A stretch of DNA of 64,000 bases. It comes from Myxococcota bacterium. Its GTDB lineage: Bacteria; Myxococcota_A; UBA9160; UBA4427. How positions within the stretch are numbered: the first letter of the stretch is position 1; each line of letters begins with the position of its first letter. Under the pieces are notes generated by a model. The model did no database searches and was not told the DNA's origin. It worked only from the letters and a program-made list of their open reading frames with translations. The position numbers and the translations under genes are program-made. Below, piece by piece: positions 49,185 through 59,788 of the stretch. The stretch is taken from contig OZ252299.1 in the NCBI GenBank assembly GCA_965250285.1, positions 4,384,001-4,448,000 on the forward strand. Direction: 5' to 3'.

Positions 49185-50126
49185 CTAGCGGGCCACCGTG
49201 GCCCGCTGCATCAGCGCAGCCACCATCGAGGACGCCGCGAGGTGGCCCATATGGGCGGCGGTGTTGATGTTCTGGTGGCCCACGTAGAGCAGGTCACCCG
49301 CCGCATAGAGCCCTTCGCGACTTGTTCGGTAGGCCGCGTCGACGACGACGGAACCGTCGGCATCGATGGCCAGTCCGAGCTCGTCCACCACGTCGCAATG
49401 ACGCTGACGGGGCCACAGCACCATCGCCTCGCGCGAGACGGTCGAGCCATCTTCGAGCTCGACCCCACTGAGCGCGTCGCCCTGCCCGACGAATCGGCGC
49501 ACGCGGCGATGCTCGATGCCGATCCCGTGCTCGACGAGCTCCTTCGCACGGGCGGCCGAGAGCTCGACCTCCGGATCGATGAAGAGCGTGACGTCGTCGG
49601 TCCAAGCCCGGTAGATCTCGGCCGCCTCGAGCATCTCGGCACGGTGGACGAAGATGCCCCACGACTTGCCACGCAGCTCGTACCCGTGACAGAAGGGGCA
49701 GTTGATGATCGTCGAGCCCCAGAACGAGGACAGGCCCGGCACATCGGGGAGCAGGTCGACCATCCCGCACGCAAGGAGCACGACTGCAGCCCTCGTCGTC
49801 GAGCCCCGCTGCGTCTCGATCGTGAACCCGGTGCGGATGTCGCCGTCGATGCGTTCGACGCGCTCGTCGACGAAGCGGGCGTGCGAGTAGGCCTCGATCT
49901 CTCGACGGCCGAGCCCGCGCAGATCCGCGGGCATCACGCCACCGCGACCGAGCACGCCCCCGATGCCGGCCGAGTCACGATTTCGATAGGTGAAGGGCGC
50001 ATCGAACACCACCGTCTCGCGAAGCGCGCGAGACAGGTTCAGTGCGGCCGCCAGGCCCGCCGGGCCGGCTCCAATCACGGCCGCTTCACACACCTCGGGT
50101 TCGATCCGATCCGTCTCCACCCGCAT
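49185..50126 (-). CDS. Thioredoxin reductase-like NAD(P)/FAD oxidoreductase
   Basis: IGAGPAG, CPFCHGYE, GLYAAGD. Confidence 0.88.
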   Translation of the reverse strand: MRVETDRIEPEVCEAAVIGAGPAGLAAALNLSRALRETVVFDAPFTYRNRDSAGIGGVLGRGGVMPADLRGLGRREIEAYSHARFVDERVERIDGDIRTGFTIETQRGSTTRAAVVLLACGMVDLLPDVPGLSSFWGSTIINCPFCHGYELRGKSWGIFVHRAEMLEAAEIYRAWTDDVTLFIDPEVELSAARAKELVEHGIGIEHRRVRRFVGQGDALSGVELEDGSTVSREAMVLWPRQRHCDVVDELGLAIDADGSVVVDAAYRTSREGLYAAGDLLYVGHQNINTAAHMGHLAASSMVAALMQRATVAR

Positions 50127-50250
50127 TGCCCCCGCTCTCGAGAAGCCGCTCCAAAGAAATGACAGCCTACCCGACGCTCCGCGAGAGGCGCTCGGGCCGA
50201 ATCGAGCGGTGGAGACCGCCGGTGCCCGGCACCGCGTTCGCAGACTGACT

Positions 50251-50721
50251 TCAGAAGACCTGCGTCGACGTTCGCGTCGTCGTATGGCCGACCCGGTTGG
50301 CGCGGGCGTCGGCGGATGCATCTGCGCGGCAGCCCCGGACGTTGCGCACATGCGCCGCGATCAGGAGCGCCGCCGAAACGAGCGTCACGACCCGCTCCCC
50401 CTGCTCGGCGTGATCGCCCATGAGGGTGTGTGCAGCCATCGCGCCCAGGGTCAGTCCGAGTAGGCCCAGCACGCCCAGCACCAGAACCCAGCGATCGCGA
50501 TGCCGACGGCACCCCAGACCGAACGCGAGCGTCGAGGCCGGAACGACCAGCCACAACATCGCTCGGTGAAACGACTCGTCGCTCCCCACCCAGGCCGGCA
50601 GGGCCGCACCGGCGACGAGCAGGAGCGGCGTCGCCACACAATGAATCGCGCACGCAGCCGAACCCAGAATGCCGATTCCGTCCGCAACGGAACGGGCGCG
50701 CGATGATCGACTGAAGGGCAT
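50251..50721 (-). CDS. MerC domain membrane protein
   Basis: ADGIGILGSAACAIHCVATP, GCRRH, AAHVRN. Confidence 0.8.
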   Translation of the reverse strand: MPFSRSSRARSVADGIGILGSAACAIHCVATPLLLVAGAALPAWVGSDESFHRAMLWLVVPASTLAFGLGCRRHRDRWVLVLGVLGLLGLTLGAMAAHTLMGDHAEQGERVVTLVSAALLIAAHVRNVRGCRADASADARANRVGHTTTRTSTQVF

Positions 50722-51092
50722 GGCGCCTCGGGTCGCGCGCTCGCGCGTTTCGTCGCCGCCCCAACACGGAGCGGCCCGGATCGACCATGCAGCAAGTGCC
50801 GCTCACAGCCCATCGGTTCCCGACCGGCGAACATCGATCGACTCGATTCGACACCGGGGAACCGGCCGGGCCCCGACGGCACTCTCTCGGAAGGGGCGGG
50901 GGGTTTCGCGTCGGGGGCGGCCACGCGTCGCCACGCCGAGAGAGCGTCGGCACTCCGTGGGCGGCAGCGATCGAGCCGCTTCTCGTACGGAGCCACCCGA
51001 CGCGGTCGACACTGAACTCATCTGCAATGAACTCGGTCCGTCGCCTGCGACCGGCGGGCCGTCGACACGACGCGAGAGAGGCAACGACGCTC

Positions 51093-52193
51093 ATGCGACC
51101 CGAGCTCGACCGGCCGCGCGACCGTGAACCGACACGGGGTGCGTCCCTTGGCGTTCATCTGCTCTCGGGGCTGCCCACCGAGTCGGTCTCACGTGGGTTC
51201 GAGCTGGCCGGCGAGGCAATGCCGGTCTTCTCTCTCGATTCGCTCGTCGACGTCGAGATCGGCGCCGCTGCCCGGATCGGCGTCGTCCTGCCGCCCTTCG
51301 TCGAGCCGTCCCTCGTCGTCGAGAGCTGGGAGGAATGTGACTTCCTCCCCCACCGATTCGGGTGCCCGGCCCACATCGAGGCCGTCTGGACCTTCGTCGA
51401 CATCGATCGCGTCGATCACCAGCTGGCTTCGTCGAGCGCGCTGTCGACGATCGGCTGGGGCCAGAGCGAAGAGGACGGACGATCCATCGCAGACATCCTG
51501 GTCGGCCAGATCGAATCGGCCACCCGCCTCGCCCTCGTCGGCGATACCCGGGTGACCGAATCGCTGACCCGTGCGCTCGGCGCGCTCAACCCGACCGCGA
51601 AGCGCTTCGAAGTCGGCCCATCGTCGGACGCAGCGATCAGACACATCGCCGCGGCCCTCTGCTCGGCCCCCGCCCGCGCGGCGAGGCCGCTGCGATCGGC
51701 GCGTGTCGTCCCGCCCTGGCTCGAGGCGCTGAATGCAGAACGCGACCCCGCGGCCACGACGAGCCTCTTCGTCTATCGCCGCCCTCGCCCCTTCGACGCC
51801 GAGCGGTTCGGCGCCTGGATGCAGAGCGCGCCGGACGAACTGCTTCGCGGCAAGGGCCGCGTCTGGATCGAGAGCGACGCGATGCGCAGCTATGGCTACT
51901 CGTGCGCCGGATCGGTTCACCGCCTGTTCCCGGGTCCGCGCTGGTGGGCGAGTCTCCCGAACGGGACGTGGCCGACCTGCGACGCAGCGCGCCGCCGTCT
52001 GCTCGCGCGGTGGGATCCTCGTATCGGCGACCGCCGGCAGGATCTCGTGTTCATCGGCGTCGACCTCGACGTCGACGGCCTCTGCGCTGAACTCGATGCG
52101 TGCCTCACCGCCGACAGCGCCGCCGACCGTCTACGAACCGAAACCGGTCACGACGACGCGTCGTCCACCGATCGAGCAACGAGGCTCCACTGA
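51093..52193 (+). CDS. Degenerate COG0523/CobW-like protein (CobW_C domain, no Walker A)
   Basis: DILVGQIE, LNPTA, FVYRRPRPFD, LLRGKG, GDRRQDLVFIG; start uncertain. Confidence 0.7.
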   Translation: MRPELDRPRDREPTRGASLGVHLLSGLPTESVSRGFELAGEAMPVFSLDSLVDVEIGAAARIGVVLPPFVEPSLVVESWEECDFLPHRFGCPAHIEAVWTFVDIDRVDHQLASSSALSTIGWGQSEEDGRSIADILVGQIESATRLALVGDTRVTESLTRALGALNPTAKRFEVGPSSDAAIRHIAAALCSAPARAARPLRSARVVPPWLEALNAERDPAATTSLFVYRRPRPFDAERFGAWMQSAPDELLRGKGRVWIESDAMRSYGYSCAGSVHRLFPGPRWWASLPNGTWPTCDAARRRLLARWDPRIGDRRQDLVFIGVDLDVDGLCAELDACLTADSAADRLRTETGHDDASSTDRATRLH

Positions 52194-53512
52194 TGCTCGA
52201 CTGGCTCATCGTCGGAGGCGGACCACACGGCGTCCATGCCGCCATTCGCCTGATCGCAGAGGCCAAGGTCGACGCGAGCTCGATTCGGATCCTCGACGAC
52301 GAGCCCGAGCTGCTCGCGCGATGGCGACGGACGACGCGCAACACCGGCATGCGCTATCTGCGCTCGCCCGGCGTCCACCACCTCGACGTAGCGCCGAGCT
52401 CGCTGATGCAGTTCGCGCGCCGTCGCGGACGCCGGATCGAGCGCCCGTTCACCCGCCCGTACGACCGCCCTTCGCTCGAGCTGTTCGATCGTCACTGCGA
52501 CGACGTCCTGTCGCAGTACAAGCTCGCCGAGCTGCACGTTCAGGGCCGCGCGACGGGCATGGAGCTGACCGAGACCGGCACCCGTGTGACGATCGATGGC
52601 GCCGAGTCGAAGATCGAAGCGAAGCACATCGTGCTGGCGCTCGGCGCCCCGCGAGAACCGATGTGGCCCGACTGGGCACTCGAGGCACGCAGTCGCGAGG
52701 ACGACGACCGAGTTCGACACGTGTTCGACCCGGGATTCGACCTCTCGGTCGAGCCGGGCGACACGCGCGTCGCGGTCGTCGGCGCCGGCATCACCGGCGC
52801 GCAGACGTCATTGCGCTTCGCGGCGGCCGGGCATCGCGTCACGCTGATCTCGCGCCACGACCTGCGCATCAGCCAATTCGACAGCGACCCGGGATGGCAG
52901 GGCCCGAAGTTCATGACCGGGTACGCTCGCGTGACCGATCTCGAAGAGCGCCGCGCGATCATCGGTTCGGCACGTCAGCGCGGCTCGGTCCCGCCCGAAG
53001 TGAAATCGGCCGTGAAGATGGCGTGCAAGGCGGGCCAGATCGACCTGGTCGTCGCCGACGTGCAGGGGCTCGAAGCCCGAGACCATGGGCTGCAGCTCGA
53101 TCTGGGCGAGCGATCGTGCGATGTCGATCGCGTCTTGCTGGCAACGGGCTTTCCGGGCCATCGGCCGGGGGGCGAGTGGCTCGATGCGTGCATCGAAGCG
53201 TTCGAGCTGCCCTGTAGTCCATGCGGCTACCCGGTCGTCGATCGCTGGCTGCGCTGGCACCCGAACGTATTCGTGACCGGGCCCCTCGCCGAGCTCGAGC
53301 TCGGCCCCGTGGCCCGCAACATCTCGGGCGCGCGACGGGCCGCCGATCGCATCGTGGACTTCGCCGCTTCGATGCTCGGCACGAACCCGGATTACGTCGG
53401 TGCGGACGTCCCGCTGAACGCCGTCTACGCCATGCCGTCGATCCCGAACGCGTCGGAGGACGGCGAGGCGACGCCGCGCCTCGAGCGCGCCGAGGCCACG
53501 CGCGGCCGGTGA
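52193..53512 (+). CDS. FAD/NAD(P)-binding protein
   Basis: IVGGGPHG, LRSPGVHHLD, VVGAGITG, LATGF, GPLAELELGPVARNISGAR; TGATG coupling to upstream gene. Confidence 0.85.
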   Translation: MLDWLIVGGGPHGVHAAIRLIAEAKVDASSIRILDDEPELLARWRRTTRNTGMRYLRSPGVHHLDVAPSSLMQFARRRGRRIERPFTRPYDRPSLELFDRHCDDVLSQYKLAELHVQGRATGMELTETGTRVTIDGAESKIEAKHIVLALGAPREPMWPDWALEARSREDDDRVRHVFDPGFDLSVEPGDTRVAVVGAGITGAQTSLRFAAAGHRVTLISRHDLRISQFDSDPGWQGPKFMTGYARVTDLEERRAIIGSARQRGSVPPEVKSAVKMACKAGQIDLVVADVQGLEARDHGLQLDLGERSCDVDRVLLATGFPGHRPGGEWLDACIEAFELPCSPCGYPVVDRWLRWHPNVFVTGPLAELELGPVARNISGARRAADRIVDFAASMLGTNPDYVGADVPLNAVYAMPSIPNASEDGEATPRLERAEATRGR

Positions 53513-53567
53513 CGACCCCCGATGCGGGGCGTGCGCATCGGCGCGCGGCCGCCGTGGAGCGTGAGGC

Positions 53568-54260
53568 ATGAGCGACATTCGCGAGCTGTTCGCAGACAAC
53601 GAATTCGTGCGGGGCTACCTCGATCATGGTCCGCCCGCCTTCACGCCCGGCCATGCCGGTGTGCTTCAGATGGCCGCCGTGCTGCTTCGCGAGCATGCCC
53701 CCGCAGATGCCCACGTGCTCGTGGCCGGGGCCGGAGGCGGCCTCGAGACGCGGACCATCGCCGAACTCGAGCCGCACTTTCGCTTCACGGGCTTCGACCC
53801 CGCGCCCCAGATGCTCGCCCTCGCGCGCGAGGTGCTCGGCGAATCGCTGCTCGAGCGTGTGGAGCTGGTCGAGGGCACCGTCGACGCCGCCCCGGCCGGC
53901 CCCTTCGACGCAGGAACGTGCGTCCTCGTGATCGGTCTGCTGCCCGATGACGGTGCCAAGCTGAACCTGCTACGCGCGATGCATCGACGGCTCAAGCCCG
54001 GCGCGCCGTTCATTCTCGTCGATCAGTGCCTCGACCGGGCGAGTCCGGGCTTCGCCCAGCGCCTCGATCGGTACGCCGCCTACGCGCTGGCCTCGGGCGT
54101 CGGTCCGGACGTCGTCGAGAAGGCGCGCGAGGCGATGACGCAGAACCCGGGTCTCGTCGCGCCCGAACGCGACGAAGCGCTGCTCGACGAGGCCGGCTTC
54201 CAAGGGCGCGAGGTGTTCTACGTCGGGATGTCGTGGCGGGGCTGGCTCGCGCTCGCTTGA
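53568..54260 (+). CDS. Class I SAM-dependent methyltransferase
   Basis: VLVAGAGGG, GFDP, RLKPGAPFIL. Confidence 0.85.
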   Translation: MSDIRELFADNEFVRGYLDHGPPAFTPGHAGVLQMAAVLLREHAPADAHVLVAGAGGGLETRTIAELEPHFRFTGFDPAPQMLALAREVLGESLLERVELVEGTVDAAPAGPFDAGTCVLVIGLLPDDGAKLNLLRAMHRRLKPGAPFILVDQCLDRASPGFAQRLDRYAAYALASGVGPDVVEKAREAMTQNPGLVAPERDEALLDEAGFQGREVFYVGMSWRGWLALA

Positions 54261-54559
54261 CGAGCGCACGCTCCGGGGCCACAGAGCGACCTGCGCGAAA
54301 CCGAACGCGCCTTCATGATTGGCTCTGGCCGACTCCCGCACCCGCCTGCGTGGCCGATCGCGCCTGATTGCGGCGACGGAGGCGCCCGACGCGCGATGGC
54401 CGCCTCGGGATCGAACGGACACCGGTGAATCCGACCCACCCGGCCCGCGCGGGCCTCGGTATGCTTGGTCTCCGTCACGCTCAGACGGGTGCGCGGGGTC
54501 AAGTCACGCGGGTGATGGCCGAATCAGGTGTACCCCCCGACCCGTCGAACCCGAGGCCC

Positions 54560-55465
54560 ATGCGCATGCGGCTCCGCTCGCTGCTCTGTGTCGTCACGCT
54601 GCTGGGGCTCGCCGCCTCGCCGAGCGCCGCGGACGAGTCCACCGCGCCTGAAGAGAAGACCGATGCAGCCGCGCCCGCTGGGCGCCCCGCGCGCATCGAA
54701 GCGCCCGAGCTCACCCCCAAGCTGGCCGCTCGCCTCGCGCAGAACCCGCTCTCGAACATTCTCGCGATGCCGATCGTCGACGACATCTCGTTTCGCTCGG
54801 GGGAGGACAACGATCAGGTCGCCAACACCCTCGAGCTGCGACCGATCCTGGCCTTCCCGGTGCGGCGCTGGCGCATCGTGACGCGCTGGGCGATCCCGAT
54901 CTCACGCATCCCCGACGTCTCCGACCCCGACCGCTCGGCCCACGGCCTCGGTGACATCGACATGACGACCTGGGTCGTCCCCCCGCAGTCGGGCGACTGG
55001 ACCTTCGGGCTCGGCTTGGCCAAGGGATTCGCCACTGCGACCGATCCGCTGCTCTCACGCGGCGGCTGGAGCCTCGGCCCCGCGGCCATCGCCGTCTTCG
55101 AGCGAGGTCGCTGGACGGCGAGCATGCAGCTCGGATACGAGTACTCGTGGACCGACGATTCGCAGTTCTACTTTCAGCAGCTGCTCGCGGCCTATGAGCT
55201 CGGGGGCGGCTGGGCGCTGATTACCGACCCGCTCATCGTCGGCGCGATCGACAACCCGTCGGGCAGCTGGTGGAGCGTGCCCATCGGGGGCGGCATCCAG
55301 AAGGCGTGGACCGTCGGTCGCGTCGGTCTCGTCGGCTCGGTGCAGGCCTACTACAACGCCGTCCGGCCCGACTTCCAGGGCGCCGCCACGCTGCAGCTCG
55401 AGCTGACCATCTTGATGCAGGGCATCCAGCCGCGCGACTGGATCCCAAACGTCAAGCTGCCGTAG
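54560..55465 (+). CDS. Putative outer-membrane beta-barrel protein
   Basis: Signal peptide, AQNPLSN, GLGDI, WSLGPAA, VPIGGG; alternating beta pattern. Confidence 0.65.
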   Translation: MRMRLRSLLCVVTLLGLAASPSAADESTAPEEKTDAAAPAGRPARIEAPELTPKLAARLAQNPLSNILAMPIVDDISFRSGEDNDQVANTLELRPILAFPVRRWRIVTRWAIPISRIPDVSDPDRSAHGLGDIDMTTWVVPPQSGDWTFGLGLAKGFATATDPLLSRGGWSLGPAAIAVFERGRWTASMQLGYEYSWTDDSQFYFQQLLAAYELGGGWALITDPLIVGAIDNPSGSWWSVPIGGGIQKAWTVGRVGLVGSVQAYYNAVRPDFQGAATLQLELTILMQGIQPRDWIPNVKLP

Positions 55466-55529
55466 TCGCGTCGTGCGACCGGGGCCAGGCGAGACGCGAC
55501 CGGCCGAGCCGTCGCTGCCTCTGCTGCAC

Positions 55530-57245
55530 CTACGTCGCGTCGGCGATGTCGAGGTCTTCTCGCAGCTGACGCTTCAGGAACTTGCCACTCGCGTTGCGAG
55601 GCAGCGATTCGCGCAGCAGCCAGATGTACCGCGGGATCTTGTACTTCGCGAGGGTGCCGGCGCAGTGCGCGCGCAGCGCTTCGCCCGTGACCTCGGCCCC
55701 GTCGGCCACGACGACCGCGGCGGCGACCTCTTCGCCCAGGCGGTCGTCGTCGACGCCGAACACGGCGCACTCGGCGACCGCGTCGTGCTCGAAGAGCGCC
55801 GACTCGACCTCGGCGCAGTACACGTTCTCGCCGCCGCGCAGCACCATGTCCTTGGCGCGGTCGACGATGAAGACGAAGCCGTCTTCGTCGATGCGCGCGA
55901 CGTCCCCCGTGCGCAGCCAGCCGTCGGCGTCGATGGCCTCGGCCGTCGCCTCGGGTCGATTCAGGTAGCCGCGAATGACCTGGGCGCCCTTCACGCAGAG
56001 TTCCCCGATCTCGCCTTGCGCCACGGCCTTGCCGTCCTCATCGATGCATTTCGCCTCGAACGTCGGCATCACCGGTCCGGCGCTCGCGGGCTTGTCGACG
56101 AAGAAGTCGGCGCTGTTCGCCGTGATGATCCCACACGTCTCGGTCATGCCGTAGCCGGTGTTCGGCCGCGCCGTCTTCACCTTCTCGTCGATGCTCCCGA
56201 CGAGGTCGGGCTGAAGCGGTGCGCCCCCGCCGCCGAGGCTCTTGAGCGTCGACGTATCGGTCTTCGCAAAGTCGGGGTGCGCGATCAGCTCCCGGCTCAT
56301 CACCGGCACACCCGACAGATTGGTGATCTTCTCGTTCTCGATGATCTGCAGGGCCTCACCCGCGTCCCACTTGTACATGTGGACGAGCTTGCCCCCCGAC
56401 ATCGTGCACGCGTGAGCGACACAGTTGTTGGCGGTGACGTGGAACAGAGGCGTGCAGAGCAGAAACGAGAGCGAGCTCGGCGCCGGCCCCGCATCCTTCG
56501 CGGGCGGCGCAGCCCCGGCCGCACGGGCCTTCGCGCTGGCCGCGGCCTGGCAGAGATTGATGAACGCGAGGCTGAAGACGTTGTTGACGCAGCCGCGATG
56601 CGTGAGCTGCGCCCCCTTCGGCTTGCCCGTCGTGCCCGAGGTGTAGAAGATGCAGGCGTCTTCGTCCGTATCGATCTGCACGTCGGGGAGCGTGCCGCCC
56701 GACCCCTTGACGTCCTCCCAACGCACGACGTTCGCCGCGTCGCCCTTCAGGCGAACACCGACCACGGTGCACTCGGGCACCGCGTCACGATGGGGCCCGA
56801 ACGTATCGAGACGTTCCTGATCGCAGATCAGCACCTTGGGCGCGGCATCCTTCATGCCGTACTCCATCTCGGAGCCGGTCCACCATGCGTTCATGCCCAC
56901 CGACGCTGCGCCGATCGAGACCGTCGCCCAGTAGGCGAGCATCCACTCGGGGTAGTTGCGCATCGCGATGGCCACGCGGTCGCCGGGCGCGACGCCCTGC
57001 TCGACGAGCCACGCCGCGACCGCGCCGACCTCGGCGTGCGCGTCGGCATAGGTCCAGCGCTCGTCCGCGTAGACCAGGTAGTCCTTGTCGGCGTGGGCCG
57101 CGCTCGCCAGCCAGATGTCGCGCAGCGAGTTCGGGACGGAGGCGAACGCATTCATCTCGACGCCGCGGACGTTCACCCGCGCCACCTCGAAGGGCGCCCC
57201 GGGGCCCGTCATCTCTTCCCACGTCTCCTTCAGCTGCGCATACAT
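55530..57245 (-). CDS. Class I adenylate-forming enzyme (paralog of 4895-6583)
   Basis: YTSGTTGKPKG, GYGMTET, TGDV, LPRNASGKFLK. Confidence 0.92.
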   Translation of the reverse strand: MYAQLKETWEEMTGPGAPFEVARVNVRGVEMNAFASVPNSLRDIWLASAAHADKDYLVYADERWTYADAHAEVGAVAAWLVEQGVAPGDRVAIAMRNYPEWMLAYWATVSIGAASVGMNAWWTGSEMEYGMKDAAPKVLICDQERLDTFGPHRDAVPECTVVGVRLKGDAANVVRWEDVKGSGGTLPDVQIDTDEDACIFYTSGTTGKPKGAQLTHRGCVNNVFSLAFINLCQAAASAKARAAGAAPPAKDAGPAPSSLSFLLCTPLFHVTANNCVAHACTMSGGKLVHMYKWDAGEALQIIENEKITNLSGVPVMSRELIAHPDFAKTDTSTLKSLGGGGAPLQPDLVGSIDEKVKTARPNTGYGMTETCGIITANSADFFVDKPASAGPVMPTFEAKCIDEDGKAVAQGEIGELCVKGAQVIRGYLNRPEATAEAIDADGWLRTGDVARIDEDGFVFIVDRAKDMVLRGGENVYCAEVESALFEHDAVAECAVFGVDDDRLGEEVAAAVVVADGAEVTGEALRAHCAGTLAKYKIPRYIWLLRESLPRNASGKFLKRQLREDLDIADAT

Positions 57246-57470
57246 CGTCTCTGTCTCCCTGAGTCGCCACACGAGAAATCGAAGCCCTGGATCATTCCAC
57301 GGCCTCGGGTTCGTGCCTAGAGCGATCTCGTGTGTGACGTCAGGAAGCGGGCCGGCGCCGCGATCGGTGAGCGGCGCCCACCCGGATCTGGACAAGGGGT
57401 GGACCTCGGGTCCCCGAGGGTCCGCGTTTCGCCGGCCGGCGTTCGGGTCGATCCGCGCGGGCGGCCGCGC

Positions 57471-58100
57471 TCAGTCCCCCGACACCCGCCAGGCCATGAC
57501 GGCGTTGCAGCCGCTGCCCGACGAGAGCACGAGGTTGTCGCGAAACAGCTCGCCGGTGGTGCCGGCGCAGGCGCTCTCGAACTGCCGGACCCAGCAGGCC
57601 TGGTCGGGATCCCAGTCGATGCGGATGTCCTCGGACGCGAGCGGACCACTCCCGCCGCCGTCGTCCTCGAAGAGATCGACCTGGACCAGCACGCTCTGCT
57701 CGCCGGTCGCCGGGACCTCGCCCTCGACCCAGACGTCGAAGATCTCGATGAGCGCGCCGTCGCTGAGCGTGTACCGCACGTCGAGGACCTCATCGAGCAC
57801 CGTGATCGTCTGGCTCGCGCCCTCGACGATGCGGTAGAGGATCAGCGAGATGTCGAAGTCGCCGGGGTTGGCGCCCGAGTCGCAGTCTGCGATGACGTTG
57901 ATGGCCGTCACCTCGGCGCTGATCGGACGGCCCTGCCCTGCTTCGTCGCCGCAGCCCACGGCGGCGACCGTGACGGCCGCGGCTGCAAGGAGCAGCGGCG
58001 CGAGGCGCGAGCGTCCGCGTCGCGGCGGGCGGGCACCGGGTCGGTGGGTTCGATGCGATGCGGTGCACGGGTCGTCGAGCAGCGGGTGTGTGTTTTCCAT
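57471..58100 (-). CDS. Hypothetical lipoprotein (tandem paralog A)
   Basis: MENTHP start, lipobox AVGC, DCD...GDF motif. Confidence 0.65.
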   Translation of the reverse strand: MENTHPLLDDPCTASHRTHRPGARPPRRGRSRLAPLLLAAAAVTVAAVGCGDEAGQGRPISAEVTAINVIADCDSGANPGDFDISLILYRIVEGASQTITVLDEVLDVRYTLSDGALIEIFDVWVEGEVPATGEQSVLVQVDLFEDDGGGSGPLASEDIRIDWDPDQACWVRQFESACAGTTGELFRDNLVLSSGSGCNAVMAWRVSGD

Positions 58101-58326
58101 GCCGCCAGAATCGACGGAATCGAGGCGCCTCGAAATCGGCCGATCGGCCCGTGCCGATCGGCACGGGTCGCGTTCATCCCGCCTCGGTGTGCGCGCGGTG
58201 CGGCGCAGCATCGGGGAGCGCGAACGGCGCCATCGCGCGTCGCGCCCTACGCGTGCGCCCGAAACGCGACGGGGGCGGCCCGATCCGGACCGCCCCCGCG
58301 AACACGCCGATCGACGTCGAAGCGTG

Positions 58327-58953
58327 TCAGCCGTCTCCGCGCACGTTGTCCGAGAGCTGCCACGAGAGACGTCCATCGCAGGTCGGGTCGCCCTCACCGA
58401 TGCGAAGCGTTCCCATGTCGAACAGAAACCCGGTCGTCGTGCACACAAGCGTCCCAGGCACTACCCAGCACTGCTCTTCGGGGTTCCAGGTCGCCTCGGC
58501 CGTGGTCGTGTTGTAGCCACTGTTCGTCGACCCATCGCTCTCGTAGAACTCGATGTCGGCAATGATGGAGATGAACTCGTCGGCGGGGAAGAAGCCCTCG
58601 ATCCAGATGTCGTCGAAGATCTCGGTGGTGTTCTGCTTCATCGGCACACGAACGTCGTCGATCGCGCCGACCAGCCGCTCCGAGCGGTCGGGCATCACCT
58701 CGCTGAGCGCGATGCTGACGTAGAACTCGCCGTCGCCACCGCTCGCAGACGGGTCGCAGTCCTGGAAGACCGTGAGCGAGGTCGCCTCGAGGCGCGCGCC
58801 GATCTGCGGGCCCTCGTCGTCGTCGGAGGCCTGCACGCAGCCCACCGAGACGGCGATCAGGAAGGCTGCGCCGAGCAGGCTTGCGACGCGCAGCGCGCGG
58901 GAGAGAGTGAAGGGAGAGGGGCCGGTGACGCGGATCGGGTGTGTGTTTTCCAT
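58327..58953 (-). CDS. Hypothetical lipoprotein (tandem paralog B)
   Basis: MENTHP start, lipobox SVGC, DCD...GEF motif. Confidence 0.65.
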   Translation of the reverse strand: MENTHPIRVTGPSPFTLSRALRVASLLGAAFLIAVSVGCVQASDDDEGPQIGARLEATSLTVFQDCDPSASGGDGEFYVSIALSEVMPDRSERLVGAIDDVRVPMKQNTTEIFDDIWIEGFFPADEFISIIADIEFYESDGSTNSGYNTTTAEATWNPEEQCWVVPGTLVCTTTGFLFDMGTLRIGEGDPTCDGRLSWQLSDNVRGDG

Positions 58954-59061
58954 GCCGACGATCTTCGTCGCATCTGCGCGATCGCGGCATGGGCCGGTCG
59001 GCGGGGGCCGATCGGCAGGGGTCGGGCCCCCTCGGGAGCCTCCGGCATCGACCGGCGGGCG

Positions 59062-59616
59062 TCAGGCGGTGCGGCCCCCTTTGCCGGCGTGGTCGCCCCG
59101 GATGCGAGGCCAGATCAGCAGGCCGGCACCCACGAAGACGACCGGCAAGAGGAGCACCCAGAAGAACTCCTCGACGAGCGCCGCGGCCGCCGAGGTCGCG
59201 ACCAGCAGCACACCGAGCACGGCGAGGCGCCAGTCGAAGTGCACGCCGGCGAGCAGCGTCGTCAGCCCGAGGATCAACAGCGTCACGAGCCCGGCGTCTT
59301 CACGGTTGAGCCGCCCCGTGCTCTGCAGCAGGTAGATCACGTACACCGCGACGAGCAGAGAGCCCCAATGGATGACCTGCCGACCGATGAGCACCGTCGA
59401 CGGACCGCTCTGCTGGCCCGTGCGCCGCAGGCCCACGGCGATACAGACCACCGCGAACGCGGGCACCATCCAGAGCCAGTAGGTCAGGCCGTAGTGGGCC
59501 GAAAAGTCGGAGATCGCCATACCGACCACCGACAAGAGCAGCAGGCCAGCAAGCGGCCACTCGTCTGCGCCGAGCCAGGGCCGACGCGCGGCGGGCTGGG
59601 GGGGTTCGTCTTCCAC
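59062..59616 (-). CDS. Hypothetical integral membrane protein
   Basis: About 6 hydrophobic segments; QVIHW, LAGVHFDWR. Confidence 0.7.
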   Translation of the reverse strand: MEDEPPQPAARRPWLGADEWPLAGLLLLSVVGMAISDFSAHYGLTYWLWMVPAFAVVCIAVGLRRTGQQSGPSTVLIGRQVIHWGSLLVAVYVIYLLQSTGRLNREDAGLVTLLILGLTTLLAGVHFDWRLAVLGVLLVATSAAAALVEEFFWVLLLPVVFVGAGLLIWPRIRGDHAGKGGRTA

Positions 59617-59788
59617 GCTGCGCCTCCATCGGTCGAATGAGGATCGCCGGCGCGAACGAATCCCTCCGCGCGACGCCGCCTATCCTATCGAGACTTGGGC
59701 AACGCAGCGAATACGTCGGGGCGCGACGCCGCGAGGCCGAACGAGCGCCCCATATGGGTGCCCTCGCGCCGCGTCGCGCGCCGTGGGC

